Made by a program: the position numbers and the translations under genes. Positions 49,154 to 58,800 of a stretch of DNA of 64,000 nt are shown piece by piece. This DNA comes from a virus: IMG/VR virus record IMGVR_UViG_3300010885_050982, positions 1-64,000 of that record; one strand, written 5' to 3'. The notes below the pieces were generated by a model. It searched no databases, was not told the DNA's origin, and was given only the letters and a program-made list of their open reading frames with translations. The stretch's first letter is position 1. Each line of letters starts with the position of its first letter.

Positions 49154-52100
49154 TCATTTGACCTCCTGCAAGCGCTGCAATGCAGCGAGAATTCGCGCGT
49201 TGCGCTCTCGGTGGTCGAATTTCTGTCGATGTTCCAGGTACGACAGAAATCGAGACTCGTGATCGCGAGCGACTATGTCGCGACATTCTTGGGCGATCGG
49301 GGCGAGCACAAGCCCGACAAAACAGCAAGCGAGAACGTAGAGTATTTCTTTCATGATTTCATTCCGTATCTTTTAAGTGTTCCGCATCACAGGCGTCGTC
49401 AATTTCGGCGTGAGTCATGTTCGGGTATCGTGTGTGAGTTGGACATCGGTATCCGAACCCCATTTCATGGGACCACCCTGCTTTGAGTATCTCGCCTTTT
49501 GCGACTCCGTTAAACCAGGCCCGATTGTCGCGGAACTCAGCACAGGCGCAGCATGCAGGTTCATCGCAGGATATTATGGCAACTAAGTCAATTCTGAATC
49601 CCATCTCGGAAGCATCCTTCATTCATTACGTTTGAATTGCCAAATTCCGGGATATTGAGACTCAATATATTCTATTCTGTCAACCACCCAATTGGCTCTA
49701 TCTTCCGACGTGGCCGACAATGCTTGAGGAATATCCTCGGACAACACTACGCGTCCGTCGCGCGTCGTGAATTTAATTGATATGAACTGGTCGCGACTGT
49801 CGCGTCCGATTTGAACAATCCCGCCGCCGTCCATGAAACGCCCCTCTCGTGAGACCATTACTTTCAAACATTGGCAGAGTAAAGATCAGTAACTGACGAC
49901 TCGACCTGCTTGGGCGCGAACCGCGCCAAGAACTCGGCAACGGACCCATAGGGCCGACGTCGATTGATCACGCCATACGCTTTGATCCCGTAAACTCGCC
50001 GGGTTTCCATGTCGACCATGTAGTATCCCGACCCGTTGTAGTCGATATTGACGTATTTCCGGCCTCGCTTCAGGATGACTTTCGTTCCCCAGTGAGCATC
50101 CATTGGGCAGTCGTCGTGTTTTTGTCGTTCGATCGCTCGGGCCAACGCAACCAGTTCCGCGTCGAATTCGTCAGCCGTTGGGGCGACATGCTTCGGGACC
50201 GGGTCGGTTTCCTTGCGAGGAGCCTCGAAGAACTCGTATTCGCTCTCCAAGGGAAAATGGCTGAACTCGTAAGACTTGACGATCCATCCGCTATACCGAT
50301 GGTCGCCAATCCAGTTGCCCTCACCGAACGAGTAGTTGTCCCGGTGCTCGTGATCTTTTCCGTAGTGAGCAGTGGGAGGGAACTTGCTTGCGGCGTCCAA
50401 CATCTGTTTGAACGATTCACGCGAGCCATACCCGAAGCCGATCACGACTTCGCGAACAGTCCTGCCGTATGACAACTGGATGATGTTTGTTGATGCTATT
50501 CATCGATCCGGACCACAAATAAAGATACTTGCGACCGATTTTCGCGACTCTCACTGTTTCGATGATCGGTTCCGGGTTGCTAGACAACTTTCTTGTGCTT
50601 CTGCGATACGATTGATCCACCTCGCGGTACAGCACGTCACCAACCTTGATCGGTGGCAGTTCAAGCGGCGTTTTCGTCATGGCGTTTCCTTAGCAGGGGA
50701 AGTCGTTTTGAAACAATATCAGCAGCAACAATGTTCGCCGGGCAACCAAACAAATCCGCTAACAAGCAAGTGGAAACGAGACCAGCCACCTCGGTACTGT
50801 CAAGGCAATCAGGTTCGTCGTTTAACGCAATCCACTCAACGCCGAACCAATAAGACGGCGTCTTGTACTTTCGCTTTCGGTCGTACACCTTCAAATCGGC
50901 TCCGCTTTTCGACATGCCAGATTTCCTTTAACAGCAGGGGAATTGAGTTGGAATTAAAATTCGGACAAGATCGTTTTCAGGACCAAGTCGAAAAGAGATC
51001 GCATCCAAGCAAGGTCCGTCAGTTGCCAGTGAGATATCCAATGATCGTATCGCAAGATCTCATCATCTTTGGGGACGCGAACTTCAACTCCTTACAATTC
51101 GATCGCATGCCCATGCTTCGCTGCAAGTTCGCGACCCGCATCAGTGAAGTCGACGTACATGTCCTTGGCGCGACCCTTTCCTTCATTGTCGTGGATTACG
51201 ATGAGCCCCTTCTTGACAAGGTCCGACAGGTTTCCACGATGCTCTTTCGTTGGAGCGATGTTCCCGCAGGATACCCAGGGGGTTCCTGACCAATTACCGG
51301 CGTCGGCGGCATACATCAGGAAAGTTGCCAGCGATGCGTCGGTCAATTCGAGTGATTTGTCTGACATTTTTCGTCTCCTCAATTTGCTGCTTTTCTCATC
51401 CCCCACGTTATTGCAAACGCACGTCAGCACGGAAGGATCACGAACAGGGACAAGAATTTTTGAGAATTCATGAAATTGTTTTTTCAATTTTCTTTCCAAT
51501 TTCCGTGATCCTTTCCGGCCTCGGTGCGTTTGCCCTTATGTGGGGACAATAAAAACGAAAACGAGAAGCGGAGAGAATCATGAAACGTAAAGAGATGTCG
51601 CTTCGAGACTATCACAACTCTCTGAAAAACGGAGCGGAGTACTTGTGGGTGTGCGGCATCGGTTATCCAACAGGATGCGATTTCCGTAACAACCTTGAAG
51701 AGTCGGAGTCGATGGAATACTGCGACCTGAACGAGATTATCGATCAGCTTGGGTTGTGGGACCTGAATGGGATTGTTGACCAAAATAACCGCTGGGAGTG
51801 GGACGGGGCCGGAAACCCAGTTGACCATCAAGGAAATTCGATACTCAACATCAAGGCTATGCCTTAGGGAGCGGGATCATGAAGGAACGATGGGAAGTCT
51901 ACGTCAGCGGCGGGAAGCATCAACTTGAAATCGAGTCGGAACGAGACGAGCACTCCGTCCGAATCGAAGCGGCGGGAATGATCGGTGTCGACGTCATGAA
52001 AGTGTCTGTCGCGATGATCGCCTACTGCAATCGCAAGATGGACGGAAAACGGGTCGACGGTGTTGTTGTTCCGCGAAGATACTCCAAGGAATCGCTTGCG

Positions 52101-52388
52101 AACGGGCGAATGTTTCAACTCGGGAACGACTGGGAGGTTATCCCCAGTGGAGACGGCGGCTGGCATGTGGCGAAGACCGTAGAAAAGAAGGGTTACGTCT
52201 ACGAATCGAAAGACAGCGAGAACAACATTACGTCTCGGGTGTACAAGAAAGATAACGGGGCGTATTCAGTTCGCACGATCGACGGCGATTCAGGACAACC
52301 GATCGAAATCCGCAACGGGTATCGATCGGAAGACGACGCCAAGAGACACGCAAACAAAATGACTGGGAAAGGAAGTGAAACCAGATGA
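49154..52388. other. Divergently transcribed accessory block (minus: 49154-49354, 49359-49622, 49619-49867, 49864-50475, 50661-50915, 51092-51367; plus: 51580-51867, 51879-52388)
   Basis: Small coupled ORFs diverging from twin promoters at 51415-51531. Confidence 0.65.
51415..51531. promoter_or_regulatory. Divergent TGATCC-N15-CGTTT promoters (51415-51440 minus; 51506-51531 plus)
   Basis: Both read CGTGATCCTT..GTGCGTTTGC; each is followed by a GGAG SD and ATG. Confidence 0.72.
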
Positions 52389-52598
52389 GCCATTCACCGG
52401 GGCCGTGGAAGATAGGTCAAAAGTTTTCTGGCAATATGGATGAAATCGAACAGCCAGACGGGCGAGCTATTGCTGTTGTATGGACGAGGATACTCGACCT
52501 ACTGTCGCGCTAATTTTTGAGATTCTGGCAAAAAACCTAATTTGATATGCTCGCCGGTCAATACCGAGCGAGCATTTTCATTTTTCGGACGATCAGCC

Positions 52599-54209
52599 AT
52601 GCTTTCCAATGCCGAACGAATCGAACAGGCAAAAGATCGATACAAAAAGCACATTGAAAGCGGTCCAGGACAGAGGGATTTGTTCACGGGCGAGACTCGG
52701 AAGTCGGCGAAAACGCAAGGGAAATTCCACTGGATCACGCTAAAGTCTCACGATGGAGAACCGACAACTCACGTCGAGATCAGCGACGATGGCAAGGTTC
52801 GCAAGGGTCCTGCGGGACTGACCGGGAAATCGCTTTTCGATCACGAATCGAAATCGCCGGATACTGAGAAACCGAAAATCGTCAAAGTTCCTGCTCGGCC
52901 TGCTGTTCATCATGGTACGGCACGACGGGAACCGGCGGCACCGGCGTCTCATTTACGGCATTTGCCAGACGGTCGAGTTGTTGGACCGACCGTTATGTCG
53001 ATCGACGATTTGCACGTCGACCCCGAGCGATTCCAGTACAAGGTCAGTGGGATTAACAAGGAAACCGGGACCAATTCCGAGATTCGCGACAACACGATCT
53101 ACAACCCCGAGTTGGGCGGACAGTTGCTGGTCTGGAAAGATCCTGCTGACGGCAAGACGTACGTCGTCAACGGTCACCACCGCGCAGAGTTGGCGAAAAA
53201 ATCTCCACGGTCGAGCGAAATCGGAGAGTTCAACGGGTCGCATCCCGTCTACTACATCAACGCCAGGGACCACGTGGAGGCCCGCGCGCACGGAGCGTTG
53301 GCCAATATTGCCGAGGGACGCGGGACAGCGACTGACGCGGCGAAATTCATGCGAGACATGGGCGTCGGTCCCGAACATTTCAAAAAGCACGGAATCAGCC
53401 ACAAGGGCGCTCTGGCTGCGGCGGCGATGGAGTTGAAAAAGCTTTCACCGATGATCTTCCAGAAGTTGACGAATGGGATGATTTCGGAAGGCCGGGCGGC
53501 GATGATCGGAAAGCACCTTCCGAACGAAGACGCCCAGGATCAGCTCTACCGATGGATCGAGAAACACGAAAAGCAACCCGGCGACTATTCCGACCGGAAA
53601 GTTGCCGAAATGGCAAAGTCGACGGCGGCAATGAAACCGAAGCAAGCCGGTATGGGTGGCGGACTGCTCGGGGACTGGTTCGATGAGTTTCCGATCGAAC
53701 AAAGAGCCGACATCGCCGACCATGTTGCTCGAACCCTGTCAGGCGAAACGAAATCGCTTCGAGACGCATCGTCAGAACGTCGCAAGGGAGTGATCGAAGC
53801 CGAAGGGGACAATAAGATTGACGCGGTCACCAATCGTGCCAGGGCGATGAAATCGGCGGCGGCACTGGAAGAATTCGATCACCGCGTGAACGCTCAAGGA
53901 CATCCGATCGCACAGCTTTTAGACCAATATGCAGAAAGGCTCGCAAGTGAACCAAAAAAACGAACAGCCATCCTCAAAGAAGCCCTCGCAGAAGTCAGGA
54001 AACTCGCTGAAGCTGGATCGGGAGGGAAAACCGATGACGGAGCAGCAGATCGAACACATGTTCGGCCACTTCAAGGAGATGGTCCGGGACGGCGCGATTC
54101 AGAACAGCCAGCTTCAAATGGAGTGAGTCGGTTTTCCAGGCTGGAGGCGGCAGAGGCTAATTATCGGTATTATTGCGAGAGAGTCGCCGGTAAGAATTCT
54201 CAGTCTTAG
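52599..54209 (+). CDS. Polyvalent protein: leader and ParB-like domain
   Basis: ERIEQAKDRYK, GQRDLF, HWITL..THVEI.DDG.V.KGPAGL; DP.RFQYK, LLVW.D..DGK.YVVNGHHR. Confidence 0.78.
   Translation: MLSNAERIEQAKDRYKKHIESGPGQRDLFTGETRKSAKTQGKFHWITLKSHDGEPTTHVEISDDGKVRKGPAGLTGKSLFDHESKSPDTEKPKIVKVPARPAVHHGTARREPAAPASHLRHLPDGRVVGPTVMSIDDLHVDPERFQYKVSGINKETGTNSEIRDNTIYNPELGGQLLVWKDPADGKTYVVNGHHRAELAKKSPRSSEIGEFNGSHPVYYINARDHVEARAHGALANIAEGRGTATDAAKFMRDMGVGPEHFKKHGISHKGALAAAAMELKKLSPMIFQKLTNGMISEGRAAMIGKHLPNEDAQDQLYRWIEKHEKQPGDYSDRKVAEMAKSTAAMKPKQAGMGGGLLGDWFDEFPIEQRADIADHVARTLSGETKSLRDASSERRKGVIEAEGDNKIDAVTNRARAMKSAAALEEFDHRVNAQGHPIAQLLDQYAERLASEPKKRTAILKEALAEVRKLAEAGSGGKTDDGAADRTHVRPLQGDGPGRRDSEQPASNGVSRFSRLEAAEANYRYYCERVAGKNSQS
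54034..54126 (+). CDS. Nested out-of-frame 30-aa ORF within the C-terminal linker
   Basis: GGAGG SD at 54021-54025; MTEQQIEHMFGHFKEMVRDG looks amphipathic-helical; the host frame here is a G/D/R linker. Confidence 0.4.
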   Translation: MTEQQIEHMFGHFKEMVRDGAIQNSQLQME

Positions 54210-54215
54210 AAAATC
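54194..54215. promoter_or_regulatory. Degenerate copy 4 of the TTCTAAG-N-CTTAGAAAAT palindrome
   Basis: Right arm CTTAGAAAATC perfect and contains the gene's TAG stop; left arm GAATTCTCAG. Confidence 0.45.
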
Positions 54216-54233
54216 AAGCTTTGGAGCAAGATC

Positions 54234-54419
54234 GTGAGTTTCGACAAGAAATACCCTAAAAGGAAAGATCATCGACGGCAGTACGTCTCCGGTTCGCGTC
54301 GATTCGACCGTACTTGCCGTACTGGAGGATCATGCCCGCACTGCATTGGAAACCGGCTCCACAACAGTCGAGTACGGTCGGAAAAGGCGTCAATTTCCAT
54401 GTATCTGAGGGAAGACTGA
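54234..54419 (+). CDS. Small basic Cys-containing phage protein
   Basis: GGAG SD; D..CR..G.C..C..NRLH. Confidence 0.6.
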   Translation: MSFDKKYPKRKDHRRQYVSGSRRFDRTCRTGGSCPHCIGNRLHNSRVRSEKASISMYLRED

Positions 54420-54420
54420 G

Positions 54421-54732
54421 ATGCGATTGAGCGAGTTGGAGCCAAGGTGGATTCACCCCAGCATGTTCGTTTTCAAGTGTCCCTGTTGCCGTAATGTCTG
54501 GTTGACATGCAAGAGCAGTCCGATGACCCGGCAGGAAACATGGAATATCTTGAGAAGTGGACTCGGCGAGGACTGGAATCAAATTGTCGTTCCCCCGAGC
54601 CCGGAAACGCAATGGTCAATTTCCAATAACGTCCCAAGAGGATTCGCGGATAACATTTCGGTTACGCCCTCGATCGACGCCAGCGCATCCGGTCATTGGC
54701 ATGGGTTCATCACCAATGGGGAAATCAAGTGA
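54421..54732 (+). CDS. DUF6527-like protein
   Basis: F.CPCC ... SVTPSI ... HWHGFITNG motif. Confidence 0.6.
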   Translation: MRLSELEPRWIHPSMFVFKCPCCRNVWLTCKSSPMTRQETWNILRSGLGEDWNQIVVPPSPETQWSISNNVPRGFADNISVTPSIDASASGHWHGFITNGEIK

Positions 54733-55847
54733 TGTCTATTGCTGAGCGAATCCAGGTGGCCAAAACACGATTCTTGTCGTGGCCAGACCAGTACGCAAAG
54801 TTCAAAGTTGCGCATGGCCAAAAATCGTTGTGGGGCGAAGAGGATGAGGTAAAGCATCCCCGTAACGAAATCGGCGAATTCGCAAAAAAAGACTCTCCAG
54901 CAGTGATCCGAGCGGATAAGGGTAACGTTTCTCCTATTGGTGACGAAAACAAACCTAACGGAGAAAAGAAAATGGAAGCGAAAGAATTCACTGGAAATGG
55001 CGGCGCGAAAGCAGTTGTAAAACCAGCAAGCGACGGCAACGGACATTCAGCCGTTATTGAATGGAAAGCTGGAAACAGCCTTCATCGCGACATCGCTGGA
55101 AAGGATTTCAAGGGGCGGCTTGTTCGGTTCGGTGCCGATGGCGTGCAGCACGTGATGACCGGGCATGGTGAAGTCATGCTGGATATCGGTATCGTTAAGA
55201 TCGAAGGTAAATCGCGGGCGATGAAGGTTCGCGTTTCCGACAAGCCGGAGCTGCAAGCTGCGGCGGAAGTATTGCTGCCGGAATACAAAGCTGGGTGGGA
55301 AAAACACCTAAAGACACAAGCGGATCTTGAGCAGCAAGAAAAACAACGCCGCGAAGCTACGAGAAGCGATTCGCACAAGATCGCTCCGATTTACCATGAC
55401 GGCGAATACCTGAGCGGATATCAAGTATACGGCGATGAAGCCGAAATACTGAAGGATCTTGGGTTGGCAAAGCATGTCAGCGGGTGGGGTTACGAAGTCT
55501 CGCAAAAGGTCATCAAAGATCTTGGAAAAGAGTTCACCGTTGAGCAAGCCAAGGCGTACGCCAAGCCTGCAATGGACGCCAAAGCCGAATCTGACGCCAC
55601 GCGAGAAGAGGCAAACAAAGCTAAACGTGAAGTCATCGAAAATAAGAAGTCGGAAATGGTTGACGCCGGAAAGTCGTTCGCGACTCCAAAGCAGATCGCG
55701 GTGATCGAACGAGCAAGACGAGACTGGTTCGATATTTTCGACGGCGCGGGCGGCTATGGAATGAACGGGCCAACCGACGAACAGTTGGAGTTGATGACCA
55801 AAGACGAAGCGTCGAGCCTGATTTCAGAAATCTTGGCTTCACGATAA
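54732..55847 (+). CDS. Polyvalent protein: leader fused to a cargo domain of unknown function
   Basis: AERIQVAKTRF..QYAK, GQKSLW, E.KHPRN..GEF; C-terminal ATPKQI...TK.EAS.LI motif. Confidence 0.75.
   Translation: MSIAERIQVAKTRFLSWPDQYAKFKVAHGQKSLWGEEDEVKHPRNEIGEFAKKDSPAVIRADKGNVSPIGDENKPNGEKKMEAKEFTGNGGAKAVVKPASDGNGHSAVIEWKAGNSLHRDIAGKDFKGRLVRFGADGVQHVMTGHGEVMLDIGIVKIEGKSRAMKVRVSDKPELQAAAEVLLPEYKAGWEKHLKTQADLEQQEKQRREATRSDSHKIAPIYHDGEYLSGYQVYGDEAEILKDLGLAKHVSGWGYEVSQKVIKDLGKEFTVEQAKAYAKPAMDAKAESDATREEANKAKREVIENKKSEMVDAGKSFATPKQIAVIERARRDWFDIFDGAGGYGMNGPTDEQLELMTKDEASSLISEILASR
54904..54930 (+). promoter_or_regulatory. Intragenic TGATCC-N16-CGTTT promoter motif
   Basis: Followed by GGAG (54960) and in-frame ATG 54972. 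Confidence 0.55.
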
Positions 55848-55862
55848 TCGAGGACGCCTTGC

Positions 55863-58800
55863 ATGGAAACGACCGAACGAATCGCCAGAGCGATGGAACG
55901 ATACTCGAAGGAATTCGAGTCGAAGCATCCCCGCGATCAGGATGGGATGTTTGCTGAAAAAATAGAGTCGACAGCAGCGATGGCAGACGGGGCATTCAAT
56001 CCATCCTGGAGCGTCCGTAAGCATGGTCGCATGGACTGCTTGATGCCAGTCAACCACGACAGCAAGCCGTTTGTTGCAGAGCTGCAAAGAATCAGCAGTT
56101 CGCTATATGATCTCGATAAAGACGATCCTGAGCAAAAGTTCGCAATCGACATCGAGAATCGCATAGGACAGGCTGTCCACGAATTCACATTCAGGAACGT
56201 TCACACGGAATACGGAAACGAAAAGTCGGCATTTGGCGTCACTGGGACTGGATCTGCCACGGAGGTCGTCAAGAATGCTGCGGCATGCTTAATCAAGGCG
56301 ATCAAGTTGTATTCGCACGCTCTTCCTGTAATCTACTTCACTGCCGCAGAGAGAAGCCGAATTGGCTTGTATTCGCTGCTTTCTAAACGGGCTGAAAAAG
56401 TGACTGGATATATTGGATACCGCGTTGATCTTGGAAATTCCGATCATGCGCTGTTTGCTCTTGTCGACCCAAGCAAGGCGACGGAGTTCGAGTCTGTAAT
56501 CAGACGCCAAAATGCTAAAGTTGAGCGATACCAGAAATGGGACGAGTCGAAGCACGTTCGCGACGAAGTCGGAAAGTTCGCAAATAAATCGTCATCAGGT
56601 TCGATCAGCGAATCCGACAAAGTTGCGATGCCGTTCGATCCATTCCCGAAAACATTCAAGGAAATGAAGAACCGGGATTATGTCGACGTATGGCATGGAA
56701 CAACATTACAGCGGCTTGAGAAGATTATCGAAAGCGGTAAGACGAAAACTGGCGAGCGAGGTCAGTTTTTGGTGTCCCCAAGATTCCGCCATGCAAGCCA
56801 ATATCCAGAGTTCCCTGGAGAAGACGAAGATCCAATCGTCGTCTCGATTCGAGTTCCAGTGAGCAATCTCCTTCCAGACGAAAATGATCAACCGGGAATT
56901 AGCCTTGAGCAATCGCTTTTTGGCAATCACTTCGGGCTTGCTGCTGATGTCGATGGAGGAATAGACATCTCTCAGATTCGCGGAGTCTACGGTGAGTCTG
57001 TCGATGATGCATGGACAGTTGCTGAAACTGGCAGGCATGTTGCCGAATCAATTCTCAAAAACAAGTCGAATCGGCTCGATCCTGTCGAGTCTGCTCGCAT
57101 TGATTACGCCGAAAACGGCACGAAATCAAAAGCGTTTAAGGCATGGTTCGGCGACTCGAAGGTTGTCGATTCCGATGGCGAGCCACAAGAAACGCACGGG
57201 ACCGCGAAACCGGTCTACCACGGGACCCCGCATGACTTCGAAGCTTTCGACAGCAGTACGCAAGACTGGTCGTGCGAGGTCGGGAAAGGGTTCTACTTCA
57301 CGGACAACGAAGAACTGGCGAGATCAGAATATTCGAAGGGCGGAAAAGTCATCGCCGCGTACCTGAAGATTGACAAGCCTTTGGATTTGGACAAACCAAT
57401 CTCCGACTCTGATCGTGACGCGATCATGGAAGCGGGCAAGAAAAAATTCAATCATGTCGACTGGAACGCTCCCAGCGGACTGACCGGGGACGGCATTCAC
57501 AGGTGGATCGACAATCAGCTCGGAACAGCATTCGTCAACGACGTCATTGAGGCTGCTGGTTTCGATGGGATCACTCACATTGCGAGAAATAAACTGGGGG
57601 GTCGCGATAAAAAGAAGATGGATGACTTCGGTCGCGTCTGGATTGCGTTTGCCCCCTCGCAAGTGAAAAGTACTGACAATCGAGGGACGTTTGACCCGAA
57701 AGACAATCGCATGGCATATTCCAAGAGAATTGCGAATGCTATCGAGATGTATTCGTTCGACCCAAGTCAACCACGGGACAAGTCTGGCCAATGGACAGCC
57801 TACGACATCGGCCACAAATCGGGGATGAACGGGTTTGTCAGCAAAAGAGAAAGGCAAAAAGCCCTTCGCGAAAACGGGCACGATATTGCTGATTCAAAAG
57901 TGATGCAAGAGTTCAATCGTGGGCACAGCGATGCTATAAGCCAAAAGCAGAACGAAAGGGAGCAGGCGAAGAATCTGCGACTCGCCCCATTCATAGAGGC
58001 TGCGAGGAAAAACTGGAAGCCTGGAGATTTCGACATTGACGATAGCGATACGCAAGCATGGGAGGCGAAATTAAAATCGATCGCTGAGGAAGATGCAGAC
58101 AATGCAGACAATGAAATGGATGCTGAGAACGAAAAACAGCAACAAATCAATCGAGACATGAAAAAACACCTTGTTTCCGAAGAAGTTACATCAAGAGCCA
58201 GAAAGATTGTTGGCGATTGGGCGAAAGATCATGGATGGGAAGTATCGAACGAACATTCGTCTCGAACGAATTCGCATTACTGCACCCTTGCGAAAAGAAA
58301 CGGAGACGAGGAGGAATCGTTTACTGTTCGCGTTTCGGATCATCACGCACCGCATGGAAGCGGCTTCAATGAGGCTAAGCAGGAGTACCATGAGCCATCT
58401 GATGTGAATATTGTTCCTGAACTACCACCTTATGATGACGAATCAGACTGGAAAGAGTTTGACGTTAAGTCTGGCCCGGATTGGTCAAGATTCACCGTTG
58501 ACACCACTGAACTTGATAAGATGGCGAGAGGCGATGCCACAGACAGGCAGTCCTATTCCAAGAGAATCCAATCCGTCCTTGAACGGTACTCGAAAAAACC
58601 AGGCGAGAAGAAAGAGCACAAATTCAGTTCGACTCAAATCGACGTTCCACCAGAGATCGCAGAGAAAATCAGGAAACTTGCCGAGCGAATCCCGGACAAT
58701 CAGCTTGCCGACGATGGTCGCGAAACAGACTTCCACATTACGGCGCTTTTCGGCCTGCACACGAACGATCCTGACGACGTGAAGGAAGTTCTGTACGGCC

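Noticed and set aside
50613-50639. TGATCC-N16-CGTCA on the plus strand
   Set aside because: Antisense within a minus-strand ORF block with no downstream SD/ORF; treated as a chance match and not counted
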